The notes under the pieces: generated by a model
The model's database searches: none
The model's input: only the letters and a program-made list of their open reading frames with translations
What the model was told of the DNA's origin: nothing
Position numbers and translations under genes: made by a program
Assembly (NCBI GenBank): GCA_029953675.1
Contig: JAMWBK010000005.1
Coordinates: forward strand, 1 to 64,000
DNA from: Rhodosorus marinus CCMP1338
Lineage: Eukaryota > Plantae > Rhodophyta
Direction of reading: 5' to 3'
DNA: 64,000 bases
Part shown: piece by piece, positions 1 through 10,610 of the stretch
Layout: each line of letters opens with the position of its first letter
Numbering within the stretch: the stretch's first letter is position 1

Positions 1-428
1 TCAACGTAACCCCAGACTAACGTAACCCCAGACTAACGTAACCCCAGACTAACGTAACCCCAGACTAACGTAACCCCAGACTAACGTAACCCCAGACTAA
101 CGTAACCCCAGACTAACGTAACCCCAGACTAACGTAACCCCAGACTAACGTAACCCCAGACTAACGTAACCCCAGACTAACGTAACCCCAGACTAACGTA
201 ACCCCAGACTAACGTAACCCCAGACTAACGTAACCCCAGACTAACGTAACCCCAGACTAACGTAACCCCAGACTAACGTAACCCCAGACTAACGTAACCC
301 CAGACTAACGTAACCCCAGACTAACGTAACCCCAGACTAACGTAACCCCAGACTAACGTAACCCCAGACTAACGTAACCCCAGACTAACGTAACCCCAGA
401 CTAACGTAACCCCAGACTAACGTAACCG
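1..428 (+). repeat. Terminal telomere-like array, 16-nt unit TAACCCCAGACTAACG (26 perfect units at 7-422)
   Basis: Homogeneous tandem array at the window start with the C-rich strand on +, the polarity expected for a left chromosome end. The same unit recurs as short remnants at retroelement junctions. Confidence 0.85.
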
Positions 429-505
429 CGTACACTTTACTGAAGAACTCCCTATTGGAGCCCATTAAGAAGCAATAAGGATCCTATTGGTCAGCAAAGA
501 AACCC

Positions 506-3500
506 CTAATGGGTTGTGTGGCTACGTTCTAAGATAGGGACGATGTCATAGTCTGCTTCGTCGACACGACGTGCCTGGGTGGCAAGGATAGCGTTTCCTT
601 TCCACAAAGTGCGGTTCAAGATCGCCCGAGCCTCACTTACTTGCGTTGCCCGCTGATCCAGGTGTATAGTCGCTTCCTTGAGGAACTCACTCGCTTGTTG
701 TCCCATCTGCCCAAATGTTTCCAGGCAGAAGGGGACGAAGATGTCGTCGTTATGTTCTCCGATACTGTCACGGTATTTGGACTCTTTAAACTTTTCCGCT
801 TTCCGTGCCGCATACCCGGTCTCCCAAGACGCTTTGTGGAGGTGTGTTCTTTGCAAAGGCGAGGTCACCTTCACATCGATCACGTAGAGCTTGCCTGTTC
901 GTGGGTGTCGGGCTAGAATGTCAGGCCGAAGCCGACTGCCTTGGTAGTGTCCGGTCGGTTCTATTGTCACTTCTAGTCGCCATTGTCTCAGCACTGTCGC
1001 CAGGGCGTCCCTGACCATGTTATGCCGAATTGTCCAACTGCCGGTAGAGCTGGTGCAGTGGTGAAGGCGTTGAATGCCTGCAGCGTCGTGTGGTTGGGAA
1101 CATATCGTACACGTACCAAGTATTCGTACACCCGGCAGGGGTAATCCCAACAGTTGTCGAAGGCTCAGGTTCAGTTCTCCGCTACTTAGGCCGCGTCCGT
1201 GTTTCCTTGGCAAGTCTCGCAGCCAAGTACCCCCTCCTGATCCCTTGCAGGAGCGTATTCGCGCACGTGCCGTCTCGCTGATCTCCGCGTTCTCCACCAT
1301 TTCCTCGAATGCCCGTCGGTGACTCCAGTTGGAGAGGAGTTTTTGGGTTGAACCGATCAAGGGCCTGTCGGGTGGTGTGTGCGGGTTCTCTGCTTGTTCT
1401 TGGCTCTCCAACGATTGCCATTCTGTTAGGCGGAGTATGGGGGCCGGTGTTCCTCGTGCCAGGCAGCGTTTTGAGTGGAGGCTCGCTTCGATTAGTTGTG
1501 CTCCAAGTTGATCCGTCGAGTGGAGCAGGGGTCGAATGTGATGGTGCTCGGTCAGGTTCGTCGATGTGCAGGCATCGAGTAGCGCTCCTAGGTGGCTAGA
1601 TCCAGTCCAATTGAGCTTCAGAGTCTGTCGCCAACTGCTGAAGAAGGCGAGGGGTTGTATTCGTGTTCTCATCGCTAGGCCTGCGCCACCCCATCGGCAA
1701 GGGAGCTGGATCTGCGCTTCGACCACGTCTTTTGCGGGTCCTGTGAGGCCCTGGCCTTCGAGGAGCGAGCCGCACAGTTTGTCGAGTTCCAGGAGCGAGA
1801 TGCGATCGGCTTCGCGTGCGAGATTGGCTCCGTATTGTAGGGCGAGCGTGCGTAGAGCAAAGTCTAGACGCGGTCCTGCGCAGTAGCGGAATAGGCACAG
1901 TTTAATTGGTAGCTCAGTGGTCGGTAGACGGATGACCTCTTGGACGAGTTTTTCATGTTCTCGTTGTAGCTTCCTGTTCGCGTCTTGGACGTAGGTCCGT
2001 GTGCCAATAGGGATGGAATAAAGTTGGATTCCGTCCCGGGTGACATGTACGTCGGGAATTTCCCTGTTGACGAGTCTGGTCGTCGGCAGTTGGAGTCCAA
2101 AAAGCTCGCATTTCGTCCTTTGAAGTTGTGCGCCTATTTCGGGGAGGTGGTGCTCGCTCCAGTGTAGCGCTTCTTTCACGTCCTTCAGAGGGCCAAGTAA
2201 GGTGAGGTCGTCGTGGATTGCGCTAAGGGTGATCCTCGGAAACCGGTCTCGTAGTGCTCGTAGGAGTGGGGAAAGGGCGAGCGCGTGTAAAGCAGGTCCC
2301 AACGGATCGCCTTGTTGGACTCCAGTCCAGGCTCGGAGCTGGAGCCAGTCATCGACATCGCTGTCTCGCCATCCGAATTGGCGTGGGGCGCTCTCGCCTC
2401 GTGGTCCGTAGCTCATTGTCATAAGCGACTTCAATTCGGGGAAAGCTAGCTCGATGATACGGTTTGCGAGGCGTCGGTCGATTCTGTTGAACGCGTTTGC
2501 GAGATCAAGTTTGAGGAGCACGTCATTCGGGCGCGCTGCGAGGTGGGCTTCCGCGAGGTGGATGGCGTGTTCGCAGCCGCCGCTGACCGAGATGCCGAGT
2601 TGTTCCGGGAGCAGAAAGTCGCGAAGGGGCGTGGCGACAGCGCGAAGTGTCCATTGGGTGACGGCCTTCCGCAGTACCTCAGGAATCCCTAGCGGGCGTA
2701 GGCGAAGAGGGTACCCTTGTCTAGCTTCGGCAGACGTTCGCTTGTCTTTCGCGAGGAGTCGGTTGCTGCGCATGGCTTCGAGAAACACGTCAGGAAGCTC
2801 TCCGGAGTGGTGGCAAGCTTGCGAAGGAAGCGTACAAGTACCGGTTGCGTTGTCATGGTGAGACTTCGCAGATGTTCGGCTTTGAGTCCACTCGGCCCGG
2901 GGGCTGTGGCGTACGGTAGGTGTTCCAGCGTTGACAGGAGGCTCTCGTCAGAGGCCAAAGTCGGGTCCCATATATTGCGTTGCAGTCCGTTGAGCTTTGC
3001 CTGTAGGGCGTCTTCAAGCTCCGAGGAGAGCGTTGCGGCCTCGTACTCAGGGAAGAGCGTAGTCAGAACGCGCCAGGTGGCAGGAGTCTTCGAGGCAAGA
3101 TCGGTGGCCAGTAGGAGTTGGCTAGACTGGGACATACGTTGAGCTTTGGCGAGTTGTAGGGCTCGTTTCTGTCGGTGGCGGGTCTGAGGCGGCGGAGGTA
3201 CGATACAGTTGGTGTCAAGGGTTTTGCTGTGAGCAGTAAGGTGTTCCCACACCGTGGAGAACCTTCCGTCCATAACGGCGAGCATCTGCGCAGAAGGGGC
3301 CAGGTCGCCTGTGTAGCCGAGTGCGAGACTGGGGAGAGCGAAGATGAACAGGCGTGACAGGTTCGGCGCTGACGTATCAAGGGCAAGTTCCAGGGCTTTC
3401 GACATGAGATGGTTCCAGCGTGTTTTCAGGTTATCGGGGACGAATTGGCGAGTAGGCGTCGGAGCCTGAGTCAGCTGCCACCAGCGGTTGCCATTATCGG

Positions 3501-3657
3501 TTACGTTGAGAGTGAAGTCGTGCAGAGACGAGAGCCAGGCGTTCGAGTCGGTCTCGAAGAGTGACTGCGTCGAAGTGGGAGGTCGTTGGCGACGAGCACG
3601 AGCACGGCGGGATGAGCGAGAGCGGTTCGGAGTATATTCGTCTGAGGAGCTGCTCAT
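506..3657 (-). CDS. A1 ORF2: reverse transcriptase + CCHC-like knuckle + restriction-like endonuclease; one frameshift at ~2793
   Basis: Track ORFs 2689-3657 and 506-2788 join if one C is added (TTCCTG to TTCCCTG, giving ESFPDVFLEAMRS). RT motifs GPSG, RPLG, DLANAFN, GVQQGDPLGP, AIHDD. RLE motifs CTIC..HHC, RH, E, RPD..D, K..Y, ETFG. Confidence 0.9.
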
Positions 3658-5174
3658 GATTGAGTCGACGAGAGGGAGTCGGGCGTGAGGTCGTCGACGG
3701 CGTTGGCAGGCTTAGGGCGCTTAGTGGGTGGAGCCACTTGTCTCTTGTCTTGGGCCGTCGAAAGTCCTTGCATCGGCTCTGCAGGGGTCACTGGTTGATC
3801 GCTAGTGGTGGAGGGGTCAGGCTCCGAGTCTAGTGGATCACGGGCTGTCGCGGCAGGCGTCTCAGGCGTGTTGTCCTCCCGAGCGGCTGGGACTTGGGCA
3901 GAATCAGCGCTATGCGTAGTCGCTGCGAGGGGTTCCGCACTCTCCCTCTCCAGTGCCGCCGGTTGAGGGTCAGCTACCTGGGTTCGGTCCAGAGAGCGTG
4001 GCTCTCTGCGCTCGGTTGTTGTCGAGTGCTCTGGAAGCTCAGGGTCGGAGAATGGCACGCGCAGGCAACTGTCGGGTGCTCGTTGAGCGTGAGCGTGGAG
4101 GCTGGCCAGGGTGCGATCGAGCTCGGCCCTGACGTGGCCCAGGAGTGCCTCTCGGTTGTTGGGTGGGAGACTCCTGCGATTTGTAACAATCCGCTGGATC
4201 CGTCGGTAGCGGAGCAGGTTGTGGATCAGTGCAGCGCGGGGATAGTCTGCCGGTTGGTGACGGAGCTTTTCCCTCATGCTCAGGTATTCGTGTGACGTTG
4301 GAGAGAGCTTGACAGCTTGGATACGTTGATCAGGAGGCAGGTGTGCTCCTCTGGTGGGTTCGAAGGCCCCTGCGTTGGTAGCGTCGCGGAGTAGTTGGAA
4401 GGCGGTATGATGAGCGATGACGTGTACATGATGATCAAAGTAGTCCAGCTGGAGCAGCGAATTTTTCTGAAGGCCGGCTAGGCGCTCGATATCCCAAGCA
4501 TGATGGGCCTTGCTTCTGGTGGAGTCCCGAGGTCGAGCATTGAGTAGCACAAATGCATCAACGTCCTTCTGGCTCTGGTACTGCAGCCCATGAATGCTCG
4601 CGAAAAACGAGCGATTGGCAGCTGCTGGGGTCTGGTTGGCGCGGACACGTGTCGTCCAGCTCATTGGTTGAGGTTGAGCTCGAGTCCTTGTCCGTGCTTG
4701 CTCATTGGCCGTTGCGAGATCTGGGAATGCATTGGAATCGAGATCACGTGTCTCGGGAGATCGCGGGCGGGCTGCTGCAGTGGCGTAGTTTGCTGGTTCG
4801 TAGACAGGGAGGGGGCGTTGTGCCCTCGGGGCAGCTTTGTGTGGCGTCGTAGTCAGATTGTGAAGGAGTTGAGCCTCGGTGCCATTGGCGTGTGCCTGGG
4901 CTAAGAGACCCATAAACCGCAGCATAAGCCCATTGTAGAGCGGGGTCTTATGCTTGGGCGCGTCGAGATGCAGCTTCAGCGCTCCGCAGCTCAGGTCAAT
5001 AGCCAAGGGAGTAGGTACGTCGTTGTCAAGTGCAGATGCAGTTGTAGGCTCAGAAACAGGTACGGGCAGAGGCTCGGGTCCGTCTGCCCTCAGGCTAACG
5101 GCCGGGAGGTCTTCCATCGTTGCGTCTGTGCAAAAGCCCCCCCCATCCGGAGGCACGGGCTCGAGAGTAGTCAT
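3654..5174 (-). CDS. A1 ORF1 (506 aa from first ATG), gag-like/putative RNA-binding protein
   Basis: Open frame; ATG at 5174 (MTTLEP). The track's upstream extension reads telomere/UTR sequence. Stop overlaps the ORF2 start (ATGA, 3654-3657). Weak similarity to the LxNxRP...D...H core of other ORF1s here. Confidence 0.8.
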   Translation of the reverse strand: MTTLEPVPPDGGGFCTDATMEDLPAVSLRADGPEPLPVPVSEPTTASALDNDVPTPLAIDLSCGALKLHLDAPKHKTPLYNGLMLRFMGLLAQAHANGTEAQLLHNLTTTPHKAAPRAQRPLPVYEPANYATAAARPRSPETRDLDSNAFPDLATANEQARTRTRAQPQPMSWTTRVRANQTPAAANRSFFASIHGLQYQSQKDVDAFVLLNARPRDSTRSKAHHAWDIERLAGLQKNSLLQLDYFDHHVHVIAHHTAFQLLRDATNAGAFEPTRGAHLPPDQRIQAVKLSPTSHEYLSMREKLRHQPADYPRAALIHNLLRYRRIQRIVTNRRSLPPNNREALLGHVRAELDRTLASLHAHAQRAPDSCLRVPFSDPELPEHSTTTERREPRSLDRTQVADPQPAALERESAEPLAATTHSADSAQVPAAREDNTPETPAATARDPLDSEPDPSTTSDQPVTPAEPMQGLSTAQDKRQVAPPTKRPKPANAVDDLTPDSLSSTQS

Positions 5175-5242
5175 ATCACTCGATAAGCGTTCGTAGAAAG
5201 AATGAAAGTGTAACTTTATCACCACGATAAACTCCAAAGTCC

Positions 5243-5471
5243 AACCCCAGACTAACGTCAACCCCAGACTAACAAACCCTCAAACCCCAGACTAACGTAA
5301 CCCCTGTCGAGTCGGTCTCCAGAAGCGACGGAGTAGACGTGGTAGGTCGTTGGCGGCGAGCACGAGCGCAGCGCGAGGAGCAAGAGGGACCCCAGACTAA
5401 TGTAACCCCGCAGCCTTTATTCGGCTGCTACCTACCGTAGCGCACTAGTAAAACACCAGACTAACGTAACC
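5243..5471 (-). repeat. Interstitial telomere remnants (5243-5304, 5390-5409, 5456-5471) interleaved with an A1-like ORF2 fragment (5305-5389) and an A5 3' tip (5410-5455)
   Basis: CCCCAGACTAACGTAACC copies seen directly; 5305-5389 resembles 3541-3620; 5410-5445 carries the GCTAC-GGTAG-GTAGC hairpin. Confidence 0.85.
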
Positions 5472-8400
5472 GTAAACTTTACTGGGCAGCTGCCTACTGC
5501 AGCGTATCACTAATGCTACTACTGTCTTGGGAAAAGCTTACTCTAACCCCGCTACCGGGGTCTCATTCTACGTTCTAAAGAAAAAAAAACATGGACCAGT
5601 GGATTCGCCAACTGGTCCACTCGCAGAGCGCCTATCGCGATCTCCGCGTTCCCCTGCCATGATTTGCGGTTGATCTAAGCCCGTACATCGCTCAGTTCTA
5701 GGCTCCGGTGCAACAAATGCTTGCAGCTATCTCGTAGAAATTCTTGGGCCATTTCTCCTGTACGCCCAAAGCTCTCATTCGCGATGGGAATGAGCTTGTC
5801 GTATGGCTTCTTTACTGACATAGCCTCTTTTTAATGCGCCATTTTCCACCTCTCCGCTCTTTTCGCTGCATATCCGCTCTCTGACCCACTCCGATTCACG
5901 TATTTCTCCTGCAGTGGCGATGTAACCGTCACATCCAGCGCATACCTTTGGAACGTCCTGGGATGAGTGGCAATGATATCCAGTCTTAGTCGGTAGTTCT
6001 CGAAGTACCACTCCAGTTCTTGCTTAATGTCGATGAAATTCCAGCGATTCAGCCATCGCGCCAGCTCCGTACAGATTTCGTGGTGCCTTCGCTGCCATAG
6101 TCCCGTCGATGTTGGGTAGTGGTGAAACCTTTGTACGCCGTTAGTACTACCGGTACTACCCCAACTAGTACACGTCCTCAACGTCCGTATTCTCGGTACG
6201 GGCAAGCCCAACAGCTGTCGTACATTCACTTGCAGTTCTGCTGTACTCATTTTTTTCAGCGCGAGCGTCGGCATTTCCCGTAACCACACTCCTGATCCAG
6301 CTCCGGCTGCGGACCCAATTCTGGCCCGATCTTCAGCCGAAATTTGCCTGTGGGATACCAGTCTTTGGAAAGCTGCATGGTGTGCCTCTCTGGAGAGGGT
6401 TTGTTGAATGGAGCCATGTCTCCATGCTGGGGGATCGGCTTCTTCTGCTCCTGGGGCGGGTTCGGTTCTCTGCTTCAGGGTGGCCAAGTTCTTGATTCGC
6501 TCTGGGGCCTCTGGGCACAGTCTGCGTTGTGTTGCTGCTGCAGACTCGCATATATTAGCTGTGCTGTTGACCTTTGAATTCTCCTCAGTGCTTGTGTTGC
6601 TGCACGCACTTCCGAAGATGCTTGTTTTTGGACCTCGGTGAGATACGGCCATTCCCCGTTATTAGCTTTGAAGGTCTCGCACCAGGCCGAGCAGAAGGTG
6701 ACGGGCTGGATCCGTTGTCTCGTAGCGAAGCCCAGTCCCCCCCAGCGACAGGGGAGTGCTATCTGGTCTAGTGTAGGGTCTTCGTAGTCAGGGTCCTCGA
6801 TGGCCGTAGTAGTGAGGCCTCCGAATAGTGTATCTAGGTGATAACGCGTCAGGACGTCCGCTTACCGTGCAAGTGTTCTTCCAAAGGGGTAGGCGAGGCA
6901 GCGTAGAAAGTAGTCCAGGCGGGGTTTAGCACAATACCGGAAGAGGGCCAGTTTCGTAGTCAGTTCTTCAGGGGGCAGGTGCACAATCTCCTTAAATAGT
7001 TTCTCGTGGTTGTTTTGTAGCCGCCGGCACTCGCTTTGGATGTAAGCGCGTGTTCCAATCCGATGGAATGGATTGTAACTCCTTCTCGCGTCGCCGTGAC
7101 GCCAGGGATGTCGCGGCCAAGCAGTCGTGGCGTGGTCATCGTGGTGCCGTACAAGGTGCACTTGGCAAGCTGCAGTCGCGCTCCGAGTGAGGGAAGCAGT
7201 GTCTGTCCCCAGTGTAGTACGTCTTTCAGTAGTTGTAGCGGCCCTACGATGGTGATATCGTCGTGGATTGCCACAATAGTTAAATTAGGTGCTTTGTTGT
7301 GCAATGCTTCCAAGAAAGGTGCCAGGGAGAGCGCATGTAGGATCGGTCCTAGCGGATCTCCGTGTTGAACTTCCGTTGTGGCCCGAAGTGTCAAGCGATG
7401 GGTGTCGTCTTGGTCTGCACCGTGGTTATCACGCCATCCGAAGAGTGTAGGAGCTTTCGTGCTGTCATTTCCGTAGCCAAGCCGGTACACGGCTTCCAGC
7501 TCGGGGAAATGGTGGTCCAGGATTTGCTTTGCGATGCGGCGGTCGATGCGGTTGAACGCATTCTCCAGGTCGAGCCGTAAGACGACGGCGTCAGGTTCGC
7601 ACGAGAGGTGGGCCTGGATCGCGTGTAGTGATCGTTCACATCCACCGCTAACTCCGATGCCCAGTTGTAGAGGTTTGAGCAGTTCCCTAACGCGGTCGGT
7701 AACCGATCGAAGGATCCACTGTGTGGCCACCTTTCGGAGGACTTCGGGTACTCCGATCGGCCGGATGCCAGGCCTCGCTGCAACGGGTTTGTTGCTCGTG
7801 GCTTTTTCGAAGGGCAATAGTCCGCTGCTACGCATTGCCCGGGTCATCTGGGGTACAAACTTCTCTGGTGCCGTAGCGAGTTGCCGGAGAACGCGGATTA
7901 GAGCCACTTGGACGTCCTGGGTGGCTCCCTGTAGGTGTTCTGCTCGGAGTCCACTAGGCCCGGGGCTGGTACCTTGGGGAAGCCGGGCTATTATCGCGAG
8001 AATATCTTCATCTGCTGCTTGTCGCGCATTCCATCTTCTCCCGAGATTATCGGTGTCCTTGGAGAGCAGGTTTTGTAGGGCTTGGTCGACATCCTCCGGT
8101 AGGGAACACTCCGTCGGGTCCGGAAAGAGTTCCTCCGATTGTTGCCACGTAGCGTTGGTAAATGGAGCCAGTTCGGTGGCCTGCAGTCTTCGGGCCGCGT
8201 GAGAGAGGCGTCCGAGATGTGCCAATTTCAGGGCCTGTTTTCGGCGCCTTTGCGCCTGTTTCTGGGCTATTTCAGGTCCGCTTAGGGCAGTACGAGGGGT
8301 CTGGTTGGAGGCATACTCCTCGAGCGCAGTCCAGACTGTGTAAAACTCGCCTCCGAGTACGTGCGTGACCTGCGTGCCGATTTGAAGAGTAGTATACCCG

Positions 8401-8550
8401 AGAACCAATCCTGGGAGCCCGGAGAGGAAGAGGCTGGCATTCACTGGTGCGGTGCGGTCCACTGTGAGCTCCAGGGCGACCCGAAGGAGTCTGCTCCAGT
8501 CGTTAACGTGTGCGCGAGGCACGAAACGTCGAGTAGGGACGGGGCAGTGT
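5472..8550 (-). mobile_element. 5'-truncated, frameshifted family A2 element (ORF2 RT-RLE + 3' UTR)
   Basis: Track ORFs 6960-8522, 6862-7161 and 5831-6652 encode successive ORF2 parts closely matching 43624-46841. The 3' end abuts a telomere remnant. Confidence 0.9.
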
Positions 8551-8872
8551 GCGAGACGAGTCCAAACCGTATATACGTGTACTCCCAGGCACCTAAGAAA
8601 GTACTCGGCGGAAGTGGGGTTAACCCCAGACTATCCCGACACAATCGACGCCGGTATCGGAGACAACACCGTAAAGGTGGGAATGTAAAAACACGAGTCC
8701 GTCCGATTGGTACATGACTGACCGCACGATCCGTGAAGATTGGCCTGACTGACGATCGCGTGAATGACAATCATTGGAGTGAGACTGTCTAGTGTTATGA
8801 ATGTGTTTTGTTACGCGGGTGGTTAGCGCCTAAAGCTTTCCGGAAGGGTATAGTCTGGGGAGTAAAGTTTAC

Positions 8873-10115
8873 ACTGGACTTTACTGGACTTTACTGGACT
8901 TTACTGGACTTTACTAGCATAGCCTGAAGCGCTACGCAAAGGCGTGAAGATGAACTAATAACTAGGGAGGGAAGCATGCAACCCCAGGCGCCGATGGCGC
9001 GCCTCGGAAAGCATGTCGCTGGAATATCGCCAAAGGGAGACACTTAAACGCCTCAAGAGCGCCAAATATTCAGTAGGATGTTCAGCAAAACATTTCCGCA
9101 ACCACTCTAAACCCGACTTATCCACGTGACCAAAGCTTTCCACAATGAATGGCTGGAACCGGTGAGAGCGACCCTCAGCGCAAGGCAGACTGGCCATGCT
9201 CTCAGCATACCGTCGTTCCTTAACTCTTCGAAGGGCTGAAGCCGCGGCCCCCCGGCGGCGGGCGGCTGCGGTGAGGTGGGCGCTGGCCACGGGGCAGGTA
9301 ATCGCAAGGTCCACATATGTTGAGCGTCTGGCAGCAGCGTCGGAGACGAGGAGATCGGCTATACAACGGGGCGGTGCAGAGTCCGAGATTGATCTGGGCA
9401 GTTCCGACTCAACCTCAACCGTATGCCCTATCCGAGTCAAAAATTCGCTGAGGATGTACTTGAGGCGAGTGTGACGCCTCGTACGGAGACCTCTCAACAG
9501 TCCGCAGGAACCCAGGAAGTGGTAGCCACAAGCGTCAATCCGGCTCTCACATCCCTGACAGAAAGACGGCCGATTAGAGTGCCACGGAGCCTGTGGCAAA
9601 CCGAGATAGATCCGTGCGGCAGAACGGAACTGGAAAGCATCGAGACGATGACTCAATGACGACGGTAGAGTGGTTAACCACAAGTGCGAGAGGTGGCCTC
9701 CCATGCCGCGGAGACGAGCGGCAGCGGTAGGCGGCGTGAGAGGAGAATTGAGCATGATTGTGTGAGCGGCACTGTGTTGGCCCCAGGTGAGGCTATGTTG
9801 AATCACATCAGTGCGGGAGCTCCACAATCGGCTCAAACCCGGGTAGTCTGCAACAGGTGACCCGGGGCTAGCCTCTCCGTCATCGGCAAGAACTCGGTCG
9901 AGGGGAGAATCCTCAATCGCTTTAGCTCGTCCCCATGACAGCTCCCTCCAGGAACGAAAGCGGGACCGATTTGCGTCCGGCACGGCGTTGCACCTCCTGA
10001 ACGCGTGCTGAAGACCATCATAAATTGTCAAAAGCGGGGGCGGCAGGGTCACTGGATCCTCGTTGGTCAAAGCTCGAGCCAAGAAGCAGGCACTTCGCAT
10101 CTGGAAGGTCACCAA
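8873..10115 (-). mobile_element. 5'-truncated family B RLE retroelement (ORF 8955-10115) with (AGTAAAGTCC)4 tail
   Basis: CQGC..HFLGSC, RH, E, ADLLVSD..YVD, K..Y, ESFG motifs; 10-nt tail repeats at 8873-8912. Confidence 0.88.
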
Positions 10116-10126
10116 CGTTCGCAGCG

Positions 10127-10190
10127 CGGGACTTTACTGGACTTTACTAGCATAGCCTGAAGCGCTACGCAAGGCGTGAAGATGAACATT
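10127..10190 (-). mobile_element. Family B 3' tip (hairpin + tail only)
   Basis: Near-identical to 8895-8955. Confidence 0.8.
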
Positions 10191-10610
10191 TACTAGCACA
10201 GCCACTTTTACATTAGTCTGAGAGGAGTCTGGGTTCACGGTTACGATAGTCAGGGGTCCTGCAAGGACTCGCCGGCTGATTTCAAAGGGCCAACGCGAGT
10301 CCTGGAATATGCTCTTCCAGCGCGCCCTCGATTTGCAATGGAAAACGATGTCGCTGACATTCTAACCCCAAATCTATTTGATTGAGTTCTATGAATTTGA
10401 TTGACCTATGAATAAAACGAGGAAAAAAAGCACTTTCAAGATCTGAAATGGGGTGTCTCCATTGGGTTAAAAAAAATTTCTTTACAGCACGAATGAATAA
10501 TATTTTGAAAACTTATTATCTTACAGTCTGCCATTTGCCAATTGGATATGTTCAGATATGTAAGATGATATTGAAAACAAAACAATTTGCGGGTTAGCCA
10601 GTGTAGCAAT

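Larger units (their letters stand above)
429..5243 (-). mobile_element. Full-length telomere-inserted RLE-type non-LTR retrotransposon (CRE-like), family A1
   Basis: Telomeric repeats on both sides (1-428; 5243-5304), ~70-nt 5' UTR, ORF1 + ORF2 (RT + Zn knuckle + RLE), 3' UTR with hairpin then AGTAAA. Confidence 0.93.

Noticed and set aside
1-428. CRISPR array
   Set aside because: Identical head-to-tail units with no spacers and no cas genes; eukaryotic context.
641-5196. Numerous 60-180 aa ORFs antisense to or overlapping retroelement ORFs (here and throughout the window)
   Set aside because: Shadow frames of GC-rich coding sequence, mostly with non-ATG starts and no independent motifs.
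8616-8633. Head-to-head telomere fusion palindrome GGGGTTAACCCCAGACTA
   Set aside because: Only 6 nt on the G side; compatible with chance next to a single remnant.
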